Under the pieces are notes generated by a model that was given only the letters and a program-made list of their open reading frames with translations, was not told the origin of the DNA and did not search any database. Position numbers and translations under genes: made by a program. Shown here one piece after another: positions 1 through 13,300 of a DNA stretch of 64,000 nucleotides. Position 1 is the first letter of the stretch. Each line of letters starts with the position of its first letter. The stretch is from Amoebophrya sp. A120. Taxonomy: Eukaryota; Protista; Dinoflagellata. Location of the stretch: the NCBI GenBank assembly GCA_905178155.1, contig CAJINV010000005.1, positions 8,182,515 through 8,246,514 of the forward strand, in the 5' to 3' direction.

Positions 1-188
1 GGCATGCAAGCCCCAGCGACACAGATTTTGAGCAGGTTTCTCAATGCCTAATCCGCATGACAAATCCCTTCTTTCGGAGACCAGAAAAAGGACTGCTTTT
101 GCTCCCCGTGCATGACAGATTTTTTCATGATCTAAAAGGCGCATAACGAGCTGCATCTTTCCAGACCCAGACACTGCTGCAATCCATA
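1..188. mobile_element. Introner family A (partial, right end)
   Basis: Ends CCAGACCCAGACACTGCTGCAATCCATA. Confidence 0.85.
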
Positions 189-481
189 TGACGCAGGCGA
201 CGTTTTTGTCGCGCGCAATCGTGGCGACGACGATAACCGGAACGATAAACAAGTGGCTGATGCCGTTTGAAGTGCAGAAAATTCAAATCCCCTACGCGAA
301 ATTCCGGCTGAAGGGGAATGAGTGCCCCATGGACGCGGCGTTTTTACATCCGGTGCACAGCGAGGCGATGGAGGTGATGGACTACTACAACCAGCCAAAC
401 GAGCCGCCCTGCTCGGTGTTTTACCGGGACCAGGGGGATCTACCGGGAGCACCACAGGGTGGCGGTCGGGCGGAGCTCTGA
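189..481 (+). CDS. Last exon of a gene entering from the left edge; protein ends ...GGGRAEL* (possible ER-retention-like signal)
   Basis: Open frame follows an introner end at 188; stop TGA at 479-481; C-terminal xxEL. Confidence 0.7.
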
Positions 482-1333
482 TTGATTCCCTCCTCGCATC
501 TGGTGCAGCCGTGTGGTGTCGCTGCTGCTACAATGAGTTTCAATAGTTCTTTGTGCGTCGAGTTATATTCTTCATTCTAGCATCAAAGCCAAAAGCAACG
601 ACAGGTGAACAGTTTCAAAGGATCCAATCAAGCGACCAAGGATGATTTTCCAATGAGAATACAGAACACGTGGTGATGATGTGTAAACAAGGAAGTACTA
701 GCCGGGAGCAGGCCAGTGAAAAAGGAAAGCGCACGACACATGGCGCACTTTGATTTTCCGGTGTAGCTTGTGGTACTATGAGGTTTTTGTTTTCGAGGCT
801 GAAACTAATGCGCTGGATCCAGATCTGATTGAACTTAGATCCGGGATTGTGGAAGAGGACGGTATGATCAGCGAACTAGTCCTGTCCATGCCGGCGACGC
901 AGGAGCAGCGCGAGGCTTATTTTCACTTGCGGTATGATTCTGTCGTTTTTTGTACATGTTGGTTCATAATAGCAATATGTGGTGCGTAGGCGCTCGTTTT
1001 TGTGGCAGGTCATCTAGGTTATACCCCTTTGGCGTGTCGCGGGTAGAGAGATGATCCGGCAGTCGTGGGTCATAAGTAGTGAGATCACGAACGAGTTCCG
1101 CAATCTGCACTGTAATACATGATTATCCCCAGGATCTTCCACTAGATTCCCACGTAGAAGAGGCCATCAGTGAGGTAGGTGCTTAGGCTACTCTGCGCTT
1201 AGTGAAAACTGACAAATGCATGTGCGCGAATTTTTCTGAGCTGTGAAAACAGCTGCATATGTTGTTTTTCCCTGGCGTCCAACCTTCTTAAAAGCCTTTA
1301 GTAGTTTCTCGAAGAACCGCCTCTGTACAAAAG

Positions 1334-4300
1334 ATGGCTGCTTTTAGAAAGTCGAAAGCTCCTTCCCGGGGCTTCATGCCAGGATCTTCCTCATCATTCC
1401 TGCGCCGGCTGAGCACGAGCATTTTGCTGTTATTTTTCTCATTCAGCAGTTCACTTCTTTCAACCACATCAACCACCGTCCACGCCTTCTTCCTGACCAA
1501 AACCATCGACACCGCCGTTGACGACGCCTTGCAACTTTTCGAGTACTGTGCGAAGTGGGATGACCGGGAATACGTGAAACTTTTGATTTTCGACCGAATG
1601 CAGAAGCAAAGGAAGGTCATGCGAAGCTGTCTATTCCACTTACTGGAGCGGGTGAAGCGAACCGCCAGGATTGTCTACGCCGCGTACCACCACCCGATTC
1701 TGAAGCCGAAACTCGACCCCTATTTCGTCGACCTAGCGGAGGACTTTTGGCTCCAGGTGGTCGAATTAAGTAAAACCCCCCGCATGCACAAGGAGTGGTA
1801 CTACTGGCACGGACCGAAGGTGCAAATGCCGCTGATATTACAATGAAAAATCTCCCTCCCCCTACTCAAATGGAGATTTGTGTAGCGTGATTTGTGATCA
1901 TAAATCTTGCTGTCATGCTACAAGGGAAGAGATGCAGACCATAGTGCTGGCTGGCGTGGGTAAGCCTTGCGTCTTCAGCATGACAGGAAGCAACTGGAAG
2001 CGGGAAACAGCATGACAAATTGCCTGCAAACGGGTCCGCGCCTGCGTCTCTTGGCCTTCTAGGAATACAAGTAGATTTGTGTATATCAAATCCAGCACCA
2101 GCACAAATCTCCTTCGCGATATGGGGAGGGTGGATTTTGCCTTGCAATAGCTGAATCTGAAACTGTTGAAGGCGCACTTTGACACCACCTTCCACGACAA
2201 TATTTTAGTGAAGCCCCACAGTGCGGATTTACATCTACATCACGAAATGGACATATAACAGTGCACATCAACTCCCTCTCCCCCTCATTTGTGTTGCCTG
2301 AACAGCAACACAAGCGCTGGCAAAGATGCAGCTTTTGCATGACAAATTCCTAGTGGAGTGCAGTGCTGTTTCGGATTCCGGAATCTGTCATGCAAACAGT
2401 ACTAACAGGCAAAGGGTGGATTTGGAATTTTGCATGACAAATGAGGGGGAGGGGGAGTTGTGCACTTTCATAGGACATGGCCGAAAAGATGATCGTGCGG
2501 TCCGCGGAAATGCTGGCGCAGATCGAGTATTCATTGCAAAAATGTCTGGGTCTGGAAATGTGTGATGCTGCATTGAGCATCATTGAAGCGCTTGCAATGG
2601 CAGCCAGGCATGACAAGTTTTAGAGACGCCTGCTGATGCCTACCACGCATTACAAATTGCTTTTTTGCATGACAAAGCAAGCTCCCATTTTGTGGGTCAT
2701 GCAGCACAGATTTTCCAATTCCAGGATTGCAAGACACGCATCACAAGTTCAACTGTTCCAGACGACCCAGGCATTTTTGCACTCCATATCGAGGAAATGG
2801 AGACAAATAGGACCGCTTTCGCGGACAAAGCGAAGGCGAAGGTGTTACATCTCACCGAGGAGGAGCGGAAATTGGTCTCGACCATGGAGTGGACCAACGT
2901 TTCCCATCTAACGGAAAACACCACGGATGGGGAGATTCCAACAACAGAACCGCTACCGCATATGAGAATGCACAATTTCCCTTCGTCACCCTCATTTGTC
3001 ATGCAAAACATGCAAATGCACCCATTTCGCCTTCTGGCACTGCTAGCATGACAGGGTCGTCAAGAACATCCGGATGAATCCGACGCAGCACGGGAACAAT
3101 CGGTCGGAAATTTGTCATGCGAAAGTTCCAACTTTGCCCGAGCTTCTGTTGCTGTGAATGGGATCCCAAAAAATGAGGGGAACAAGGGGGAGTCGTGCAC
3201 TTTCATACCGCATCTAGAAGATCTTCTCGGAACCCACCACTACGGAAAGCGACGGACGTTGCGGATTGCGCGCAGGATCACGGACGATTTTATATGACCT
3301 GCTCAAACGTTCCAATCTCAAGCGTTGCGATAGAGTGTGGGTTTTGTATTTTGCATGATGAGCATGACAAACTCGGACAGAATGCCACTTTCTGCAATAC
3401 AAATTTCGCCAGATTGTAGCGCGGATTGTGACCACTCCAGAACTTGTCATGCGCAATCCACCTATGACAGTTGGCGAGAACATGCATTGTTGCATCACAG
3501 ATTTCCATATTCTATGGTAACCGATTTGAGATTGTAACATCTGAGCGGGTTATATTTTATCCACCTGGAGGACAAGTCGGAGGAAGAGATCCTGAAGCAT
3601 TGGGGGATTACCAAGGAGGAAGCGATGGAGAACAGGAAACGGTACGAAGAGGAAAAAGTGAAACTGAAGGAGTGGGAGGAAACGGAGCTTCCCCAGCAGG
3701 AGGTGGAGGAGCAGCGGCGCTACTGGTACGAGAAGCATTTGGAAGAGGAGGAGGCGTTCGGCATATGCATTGCAAACGGGTCTGAAAGTTGGAACTTGTG
3801 ATGCTGTATGTGGATTCTAAAAAAATCTGTATTGCATGACCAGCAAGAGGAGGGCTGTTTGTGCTACGCGCACCAGAGGGCTTTTTTCATGCGTGATATA
3901 AAGCATCAAGAAGCTCATCTGAAACAGTCAGTGCTGCTGGGACCTGCATCACAGACCTCGTGAGTCATGAAAAATATGCATGACAAGCTTCCAGAACTAC
4001 ACCAGATTTCGGTCCTTGCGCTGCATACGGCAACTCGTTTAACGATACCGAAAACAAGTGGATGCCCTTTATCCTGATGAAAAACGTGCCCACACCAGAG
4101 TTGTCATGCAGATTTGCAATGACAAAGACATTTGTGATGCGCATACCCATGGTAGACATTTCCAATCGTGTTTTGGAATTTGTGATGCTGAGAACAGGAT
4201 GAGCAGATGGATCTGCGACGCGGCTGCTCTTGCTACCCTGCACTACACTACGGAGTGCAACTTGTCATGCGCGACTCCCAAAACTCCTAGGTTTGCGTTG

Positions 4301-7300
4301 CAGAATCCCCATCTTGACTATGGGGCGGGGACGTTTTTACACAGGATACCCTTTGCTCCGGATTTCCGAATGGCCTACTATTTGAAGGACCATGAGGCTT
4401 CGGCGATGACGCTATGCAGTGCAAAACTGTTTCGTGGTCGTACTAATTCTAGTAATTGCGTTTTTGCATTACAAATCTGTTTCTTAAGGCAAACCCGCAT
4501 TACAAATTTAGTTGGTAATGCTGATTCAATTTGTGATGCAATGTATACTAGTACGATGTTTATGTTTTTGCAATGCATAGACGATGTATCATGGCGGTAA
4601 ACACTACAAGGACGAGGACGGCATGCGTCAGGTGAAATATCGCGAGGAAAAATGCCCCCACCCCCAAAGTTGCAAAGATTTGTGATGCGAAGTTTCCAAA
4701 TGAAAACTTTTTGTCATGCATAAAAGGAGTGTGAACCTTTCTGATGCAGAGTCTAGCTGCGTGTCGCATCGCTTGCATGACAAGCGCCGCTCTTGCTGGG
4801 GTCTTTTGCAATGCAAATTTTTGCTACTCACGATCGGAAATCTGTGATGCTGATAGATGCAAGAGGGCGAGTGTTTGATTTGGAAAGATTTGCAATGCAA
4901 ATGCTCCCAACGATTCGGGGGTGGGGGCATTTTTCATTGTAATATGAAACACGTGATCTTCTCGCCCTCCCTCATGGACGACAGGCCGTTACTCGGCATC
5001 TACGCCTCCTATCAGGGTGCACAAGAACTCCCCCTCCCCCGCATCTGTCATGCGAAAACCCAAATTATCCAGTTGCTGCTTTATGGTACTGCGTGCATGA
5101 CGAATTTCAGAATGATCCCAAGCAGTACTAATATGCTCGACTACACATGAATTTGTCATGCGCCGGCTCCACATGTACTGGTGTTTGTATTGCTGTCCAT
5201 GCCATACTGCAAATGAGGGGGAGGAAGAGTTCTTGCGCACTCTCATACCCCCCTTGCGCCGTATAAAACTCTCGTGTTGGAAAACTCCTACGTGCAGTGG
5301 AAAGAGGCGAAGTTCGATTTACTCGCGTTTGAAGCCACCATCCGAGACACGTGGGAACGGTACGAGGCGAACTTGATCATTTTTATCACAGCGCACAACG
5401 ACCCCCCTCGTCCCCTTCATTTGTCATGCAAAAAACTACCAAAGGCACCCTCTACCTCTTGGCACTTTTCGCATTGCAAGTTCTGAAAGCTTAAGCAGCA
5501 CGACAATTATCCTGGGTCGTGGATCTGTCATGTAAGACCTGCATGCTTGCCGACGCTTGTGTTGCTGTTTCTGCCATAGTAAAAATGAGGGGGAGGGGGT
5601 GGACTTGTGCACTCTCATAGTTTTCCCCAAGAAGTTATTGGACCGCATCGCGAACCAGCTGGAACGGGAAGTGGTCAAGATTAAAGAACACGACGGCCAC
5701 GAGGAAAAGGACCCGATTAAGAAGTACTTTCGGATTCTGCAGAAGCACGTCACCCGGATCGACCTACCGTGGGTGGATAGGCATGGAAAAAGTTGTACTT
5801 GTTCTATCGGATTGGACATTGGCTGCCCTGGAGGTCTTCTGCAAAATTTTTCAACGACCGAATGGGAGGAGCAGCTTGTCATGCTGTTTTCGGTAATATG
5901 AGAGAGAGAATCTGTGTTGCATGATTTCCAATCGCTAAAACAACTTTTGCGCCACTGCATAGTACAGTTTGGGATCCAATTATCGAAGAAAAAAACTGTG
6001 TAAGTGTAACTTTTTTGCAGGAACAGCATCACAGATTTGTTTTCCATGACAGAAAACTTGTCATGCGTAGCTAGTATGCGAAAACACGTACCAAAATAGC
6101 CTCTGATGCATATCCGGCATGACAAGTGTAACTGTGTTGCAACATCTGCAAGACAAAGTTACACTTACACAGTCTTTTTCTTGCATACCAATTCGCGCAC
6201 ATGGACACGGACATGATAGGAAGATCCATCACCGGCACCGACATATCCACTGCAAATACGTCTGGGTACAGACTTGTGATGCAGACTCTGCATAACAGAC
6301 AAATATCTGTATTGCGTAGTCAGCAAAAGATGTTGTGCGCGTCTTGTCTCCAGAAGAGGTGGGCATTTCTCATGCAGACCAGGCAGCGTTTTGTGATGCT
6401 CCATGTGCATGGCAGATCTTTCTTCAGATGCAAAAATTGCATGACATTCTCGTCCCAGACCCAGACATACTCGCAATGCATACGACATCAACACACATAA
6501 CTTCTGCCCGAGCGAGAAAGTGCTGGCCAAGTACGCGAAGAAGTTCCGCGGGTTTTTGACCTACGCTATGGTTCGGCACGACATGGCGAAGCCGTGCACG
6601 GTGGACGCAGGGAAGTACGGGATGACGCTGTTCGCGGTGCCCGGCTCGGCGCACCCAGATTTGAAGTACGAGACCCACGAAACTGCAAACGGGAAACCGA
6701 AAAACAGAAAGCACCACGGACGTAGTTTGTTTTGAATAACAATTTCGATGCAGATATGATAAAATGGTCTGCGCCTGCAGGAATTATTACTTCTCATGCT
6801 GGAGCTGTAGACGCACCACTAATTGCTCGTTATTACGTTTTTACATCTTACCACAGGTCCGCCCTTCCCGGAAGATCCTTTCCTCTCACCAGACAAGTAC
6901 GGTGCGGGGCTGCAAGAATCTTTGATCGCGGAGGTACAGGGCATCCCGGTGGTGCTTCGGGAGGAAGTTATCTGGCAGCAGGAGCATTTGAGACCACGAA
7001 TCACCGAGAACGACACTTCCATTCACTGGGAACCGCTGAACAGCTATTACAGTGAAAAATGCCCCCTCCCCAGAACTTGGCAGCATTTGTATTGCAAACC
7101 TTTCCAATGGAAACATTCCCCGTCTTGCGTATCTTAGCGTCACAAATTTTCCCTGCTGAATAGCTCAAATTTGTGTTGCAAAGGAGCCCAACAGCAGGCG
7201 GATCTGTTATGCAGCGGATACTTTGCGCGTCTAGATTCTGCATCATAAAGGCTCGTAGTCTTTTCATGCAAGACAAAAAGCTGTCATTTGGAAACTTTGC

Positions 7301-9349
7301 ATGAGAAACGTTTGCGACTTCCGGGATGGGGGCATTTTTCACTGTAATACCAGCACGAAAATTTTGGAGGAGGCCGACCCGGATTTGCTGCGGTCCGCCG
7401 GGTATCCTGTGCAAAAGTATCGTACTCGTAGCACTTGCATTTATGCATTACAAATCTCTTTTTCAAGGTAAATCAGCATTACAAAGTTTATTTTGTAATG
7501 CTGGGCTAATTTGTAGTGCAATTTATACTAGTACGATGCTTTTGCAATCCATACCGGGCTGCTGTTACGGGGCGACTACGTGATATCGTACGAAGAAAGT
7601 ATCTCAGTCTCGAGCCTTTGCGGTTTCAGCATTACAAAAAATTCCCTCCGCATGACGCGCAAAATCTGTGATGCGTCGCACGCAAGAGAAAACACGTATG
7701 GAGTGCCCTTCTCTTGCATGTCGAGCATGACAAAAAACTGCGTCAAGGAAGTTCCGCATGACAAGTTGAGACTGAGACAGTTTTTTCTTGCGATACGTGA
7801 ATAATTTACCCTGGAAGACGAAGAAATTGGCGCAGATAGAGCAACAGGCTGAAGAGACGGAAGAGGGTGGTAGTCTATCCTGTGCAAAAATAAAAGTATT
7901 GTGCTTGTACGAGTTGCAGTCTTGCATGACAGATCTCTGTGCTTCACCTGTTTCTGCATGACAAATTTCATAATTTTTCCTCTGACGAAAGCTGTGATGC
8001 AATCACTACTAGTACACGATGCTTTTGCGATGCATATAGTCCAACAGGAGCGTACAACATGTTCACGCCGGAGTTTTCTTTTCCGAAGGATTTAGTAGCG
8101 GAAGAATACGACGCAGAGGAGAAATTGGAAGCGGCGGCGGCGAGCGGGAGCAGCGGAGAAACAGCTGCAGGAGCTGCTGCTGCAACGAGAGTCGAGAAAC
8201 TACAAAGTAGTACAAGTACAGCAGCGGTGAACGTAACGAATCTCGCGTTCAAGCTTCCGGGGATCAATCCGAAGCATCTGAAGTTGCTTCCGGAGTACAA
8301 AAAGCAATTTGTAGACAACTACGACTTGGTCATCGCGGAGGATTTCTTTGACGAGGAGACCTTTGCCAAAATCGAGCAGGAGTCGCACCGGCTCTGGCAG
8401 GCCAGCGAAATGGAGCCGAACTGCAATCTAGATGGCCGGGATCGGCTGGGGGGTTACGTTTTGGACGATTTAGATTATAAAAACACGTTTTACCAGCTGA
8501 TCTACCGGAATCCCTCCCTCCAGTACTGGGTTTCTTACATCTACGGCAAACGCATGTGGGCGTCCGACTTCCCCCTGGAGCTGCGGGAATATGGGGACGG
8601 GTCCAATGGTATGCGGTGTCACCGCGACTTGGCACTCTACGCGGACGACTCTATTGACGCCGAGTTTGCCTTTACCGTGGCCAGCAACAGTCCCAGCCAC
8701 GTTGTGTCTTTCACTGACAGAGCAGGTAAAAACTCACATTTAAGTTGTACTACTTGTGGGTGCGAGTCCGAGTTGTAAAGGCTTCATCTTGTTAGCCTGT
8801 GATAGGATAGAACTTTTTTCTACAAAACGATAATTAATGAGTGTAGTCGTGTTTTAGTTTTATTGATGCCTTAAGTATTCAGAGCAAATGTTCACACCAT
8901 CATAAAAATCCAGGCGTCGAGCACAAAATCAATCCGAAGCCCAACACACTCCTCATGGTCCGGCCCAACGCGAGTCTGCACTGCGCATCTGGGGTGGATC
9001 CAGGGACGAGCAGACAGATGATGAAGTGGATCTTCACTGGGAGTTACAAAAAACACGAAAACTTTGAAATGTTATCCTGTGGTGCAGCAGACTATCGTAC
9101 TATCTGATACTTAAATCGCAATCTTGCATATGACAGAGCAGTTCTTTTCCATACCTGTTTGACCGCATGACAAACTCTATTTCTCCTTCTAACGATGAAA
9201 CAAATTTGTGATGCAAGTTTTTCCACTAGTATAGTACGATAAACTTTTGCCCCAATGCATAAATGTACGCAAAGAACAATTGCGGCGAGACGTCGCTAAG
9301 CTGGAAGGCGCTGATGGCGAAAAAGGAATCGACGAAACAGGAGCTGTAG
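1334..9349 (+). CDS. Large secretory-pathway protein with C-terminal 2OG-Fe(II) oxygenase-like domain, ending KQEL*; 19 introners + 2 GT-AG introns (6722-6856, 8726-8913)
   Basis: Hydrophobic N-terminal segment (ILLLFFSFSSSLLS). Frame continuous after removing each element plus one TSD copy. Motifs LELREYG..MRCHRD ... LHC ... R fit HxD...H...R. TAG at 9347-9349. Confidence 0.8.
1836..2149. mobile_element. Introner family C
   Basis: TIR; TSD GCTGA. Confidence 0.9.
2254..2472. mobile_element. Introner family D
   Basis: TIR; TSD GGACA. Confidence 0.9.
2528..2788. mobile_element. Introner family A
   Basis: TIR; TSD TCGAG. Confidence 0.9.
2961..3207. mobile_element. Introner family D
   Basis: TIR; TSD CCGCA. 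Confidence 0.9.
3293..3554. mobile_element. Introner family F
   Basis: TIR; TSD TTTTA. Confidence 0.9.
3764..4027. mobile_element. Introner family A (degenerate)
   Basis: TSD CGGCA. Confidence 0.85.
4070..4348. mobile_element. Introner family B
   Basis: TIR; TSD CCCTT. Confidence 0.9.
4413..4579. mobile_element. Introner family E
   Basis: TIR; TSD GACGC/GACGA. Confidence 0.85.
4638..4944. mobile_element. Introner family C
   Basis: TIR; TSD TGAAA. Confidence 0.9.
5010..5247. mobile_element. Introner family D
   Basis: TIR; TSD CCTCC/CCCCC. Confidence 0.85.
5384..5619. mobile_element. Introner family D
   Basis: TIR; TSD ATTTT/GTTTT. Confidence 0.85.
5778..5961. mobile_element. Degenerate singleton introner
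   Basis: Weak TIR; TSD GTGGA/GTACA; removal restores frame. Confidence 0.65.
5981..6187. mobile_element. Introner family H
   Basis: TIR; TSD CCAAT. Confidence 0.9.
6244..6482. mobile_element. Introner family A
   Basis: TIR; TSD CGACA. Confidence 0.9.
7045..7349. mobile_element. Introner family C
   Basis: TIR; TSD ACAGC/CCAGC. Confidence 0.9.
7403..7553. mobile_element. Introner family E
   Basis: TIR; TSD CCGGG. Confidence 0.9.
7584..7795. mobile_element. Singleton introner
   Basis: TIR; TSD CGTGA. Confidence 0.85.
7876..8036. mobile_element. Introner family E
   Basis: TSD TAGTC. Confidence 0.85.
9073..9261. mobile_element. Introner family E-like
   Basis: TSD AATGT. Confidence 0.85.
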
Positions 9350-10344
9350 ATAGGTGGTGCAGCATGACAAATTGATGCTGCGCTTCTCTATAGCATGACA
9401 AACTTGGATACTTACTTCTATTTTTGCGAAAGTACAACTATGAACACAAACATCAAAACAAACACAAATACAAATACTGAAGTCAGATCATCACATCGAA
9501 AAGTAAAATCGTGCAGATTTGTCCGAATAGCTCAAGGCCCAGTAGTTCGAGATTGGCGGCAACTACAAGTAAATAGAGTTGATAAAGCAGAGGTTGTGCT
9601 GCTATGTATATGTATTAGAAAGTAGAGAGTAGATGAGGCGATACTTCAGGCAAGAAGTAGAAGGATTTTTGTACACATTATAGCATACCGGTTTTCCTCT
9701 CTGGTGTGATTGGCGCGCCGTCAAAGTGTGGCGCACTAGTTACTTTCCAAGAACTTGTTGTGACGGAGATTTATTGCAGTGAACAACGGCAGTCAAAAGT
9801 ACACAAAATATTAAAGGTAGCACTCCTCAGCAGACTATCAATTGCGAGGAGGCATTCCTGTCCGGCAGGTGATCTTCGGACTGCATAGTGTAGTCTTCAC
9901 AGCACTGCTGGTGCTTTGTCTGCTATTTCACCGGAAGACGCGCTCCGTCGTCGTGGTCAACTATTCATTCTGAGAGCGACGAACAAACTCATTTTCAGGA
10001 GCCGGTATCCGGGAAAAACGAGGGCCCAAGCAGCTCGGGCACCTTCAACCGGCAGAGAGTGAGGGTGAGAGGGTCACCAGGGTGCAGTGCCGCGTGTGCG
10101 TAGTTGTATGAAGTGCCACGTACGAACATTTCTGCCTCCGAGAGTGGTGCCAAGCGCTACCTTGTTTTCGTTGCGTTTTTTTCGTTTCGTCTTTACGGCG
10201 TCTTGTTTCGTTGAGTTCCGAATACAATGCTGGTGCGGAACCTGTAGGGAGAGTACACGCAGTTTGTTTCTGTCACAGAGAAGCTTTGTTCAACATCATG
10301 ATGCTTCGCCATTATTCTGATTAGAAAAAAACACTTCCACCAAG

Positions 10345-13300
10345 ATGTACAAGCTGAACCCGGTGGAGAGTCTGCGCGCGCAGATTCTCGTGGAAAATGC
10401 TTTGAAAAAGCTTTCTTTCCTGACAAACCTCGGTGGCGCATCCACGGGAGAGGAACTGACGCAATTTATGGGCGACGAAATATCAAGGATCATCGAGGTA
10501 TACATAGATACGTAAATAGGTTGCAGCTTTGTCATGCACAAATTGCTATCACTTCCGCAACGGCTCATGCAAAAAACCGCATGACAAATAAAATCTCATC
10601 ACTACAGGAACAACGCGGGCTCGAGAAGCAGTATGAGTCTCTGATCCACAAGCGCGGTACTTTGAAGGGGTTGATGAACAAATCGGAGTTTGAAAAAGTA
10701 CAGAAGAACATCGTGGAAGTTTCCTCCAAGCTCCGGGAGTCCAACCAGGCGCTGTGCCGAAATTTAAAAGAAAACCCCAACGCGCAGGGAAATTTGCTGA
10801 AAATGATGCAGGAGCGGGCGCGGGTGCATACGCTCCTGGATGACAGCAAGAAAGAGTTGTTGCGGCCACCCGGGGAGCAAGGGTTTTCCCATCTAGTAGC
10901 GAAAGCAGAGGCAGAAAGGAAGGATCAGGTACTTTTGCCTGGTTGAGATTTTTGTAATGCACGAACATGGACCACTAGTAGCTGTTTTTTCTTGCAGACA
11001 ACATTGCTTTTCTAGGGGAATCAATGCTGAATGTGGGGGCGGGGTTGTCGTTTGCGGCAACTTTACGCGAGCCCGTGTCTACCTCGCTGATCGAGGGCAG
11101 CTGACTTTTGGCTATCCAAATCTTGGCTATCCAAATTTTGGCTACCCAAATCTTGGCTATCCAAATTTTGGCTATCCAAACTGGTTTAGCTATCCAAACT
11201 GGTTTGGCTATCCAAATTTTGGCTATCCAAAGTTTGGCTATCCAAATTTTGGCTATCCAAAATCTTGGCTATCCAAATTTTGGCTATCCAAACTGGTTTG
11301 GCTATCCAAATTTTGGCTATCCAAAATCTTGGCTATCCAAAATTTGGCTATCCGACTTTTGGCTATCCAAATTTTGGCTATCCAACTGCTGTTGGCTATC
11401 CAACTTTTGGCTATCCAAATTTTGGCTATCCAAATTTTGGCTATCCAAATTTTGGCTATCCAACATTTAGCTATCCAAATTTTGGCTATCCAAATTTTGG
11501 CTATCCAACTTTTAGCTATCCAACTTTTAGCTATCCAATTCTTGACTACCCAAATCTTACACTGCTGAAAAGAATTATCAGGGACAAAAATCTACTTTAT
11601 CAGGACCTACTTTTCGAAGTGAAGAAACGGGAGAAGGAGGTTTCGCTCACCGTGAAGAGGCTGGAGCATATCAAATGCAAAAGTGTCTGGGTCCGGAACT
11701 TTGCGCGACTTGTCATGCAGGTTTTCCATGACCCATATGATCTGTAATGGAGGACCGAGCATAACAGATTCCGTGAGATCACTGTCATGCCTATCCTGCA
11801 TGAGAAACTGCCCCTCAACTTGAACAAAAGTGGACAGCATTTGGTAATCATGCAACGCAGATTTTTGCGTGATTCAGATTTAGCATGACAAGTTCCAACC
11901 TTCCAGACCCAGACACTTTTGCATTTGATAGAGCAGGAGCTGGCACAAGAGTATTCCGAGTACGACAAGGAGGTGAAATACACGATGCAGGAGATCTACG
12001 CAAGAGAAAAACTGTGTAGGTGTAAGTTTGTAATGCATAAGTACGTAACACAATTATCACTTGTCATGCTGGCCAACCACGAGGCCCTATTTCACTTGAG
12101 TTTTCACGTGCTAGCTGTGCATGACAGGTGGATTTCTTTCGTCATGTAGAACAAGTTTCTGATGCTGTCACCCTAGACACCTACACGGACACAGTTTTTT
12201 CTTGGATAAGATCCGGACCCTGAAGGAAGAGCTCACGAAACACAAAGCGGAGTCAAGAATACTGCTCAACACCGAGGAGAAAAAGTTGAAAGCACAGGAA
12301 CAGGGGCTGGCAAGAATGCTGGGGCAGAAAGAGGTACTACGAGAGGTTCTACTTGTTATGAGGGTAGTAGAAGTTTCAACATCTTCCGTTGGCATTGTGA
12401 TGGTTCTACTTCTTATTTCGCATGACAAGAAATATAACACCATTTCAACATCTTCCGTTGGCATTGTGATGGTTCTACTTGTTATTTCGCATGACAAGAA
12501 ATAAAACACCTTGAAGATTCAAATTTATTTAACCTCAGGGCACACTGTCCACCGAAGTGGAAGATTTGGAGAGGACAAGAAGAGACGAGCAGCTCGCGCA
12601 CGACAAGAGCCACGATTTCTTGGCAAAGAAGTTAGAAGACCTGACGGCGCAGCGAGTGGAATGGGCGGAGAAGTATAGTTTTGTGACGTACTTCTACAAC
12701 TACATCTTCATTCTGGCCGCGAGAAGTTCTTGTGATGCAAAAACTATTACTACACCGATGATCAATATCTCTGATGCTTCAACATAAACACCAGCATCGA
12801 GAGCGACACAAATGAACTACAGGTACGACAAAGACTACGCGGAGAAGCAGGAAGTGCTGACCAAAATCCGGGACGAATCACATACGACCAGAACGTATCG
12901 AATGCAAATATCTCTGGGTCTGGAAGATTCCGAACATTTGTGATGCAGTTTATCCAAGCTCCACCAAGTCTGGAGTGCAGGGTCTAGCATCACAGGATCT
13001 GCAGCCCCTTGGTGATGCCTGTTCTGCATGAGAAACGCCCTCTCAGCATGGTCAGAAATGGGCACCTTTTGCAAGTCACGCAACACAGATTTTTGTACGA
13101 TCCGCAACATGCATCACAAGTTCGCATCCTTCCAGACCCAGACATATTTGCAATGCATAGAACGCGCCTACACGAACTCCGGGAGCTATGAAAGGAAAAA
13201 ACTGTTTGACTTTGAATTTGTGAAGATGTAGTTGCAGAGCATTTTTTGCAATACACGATGACCGGCTGTGTAGTTGCTAGAATAAATATGCAAGTCTGAC

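Noticed and set aside
11106-11558. CRISPR-like array
   Set aside because: Contiguous tandem units with no unique spacers; eukaryotic context; no cas genes
10957-11747. ORFs with GYPNF / LAIQI / WLSKF pentapeptide repeats
   Set aside because: Read-through of the 15-bp minisatellite inside a DRC9 GT-AG intron
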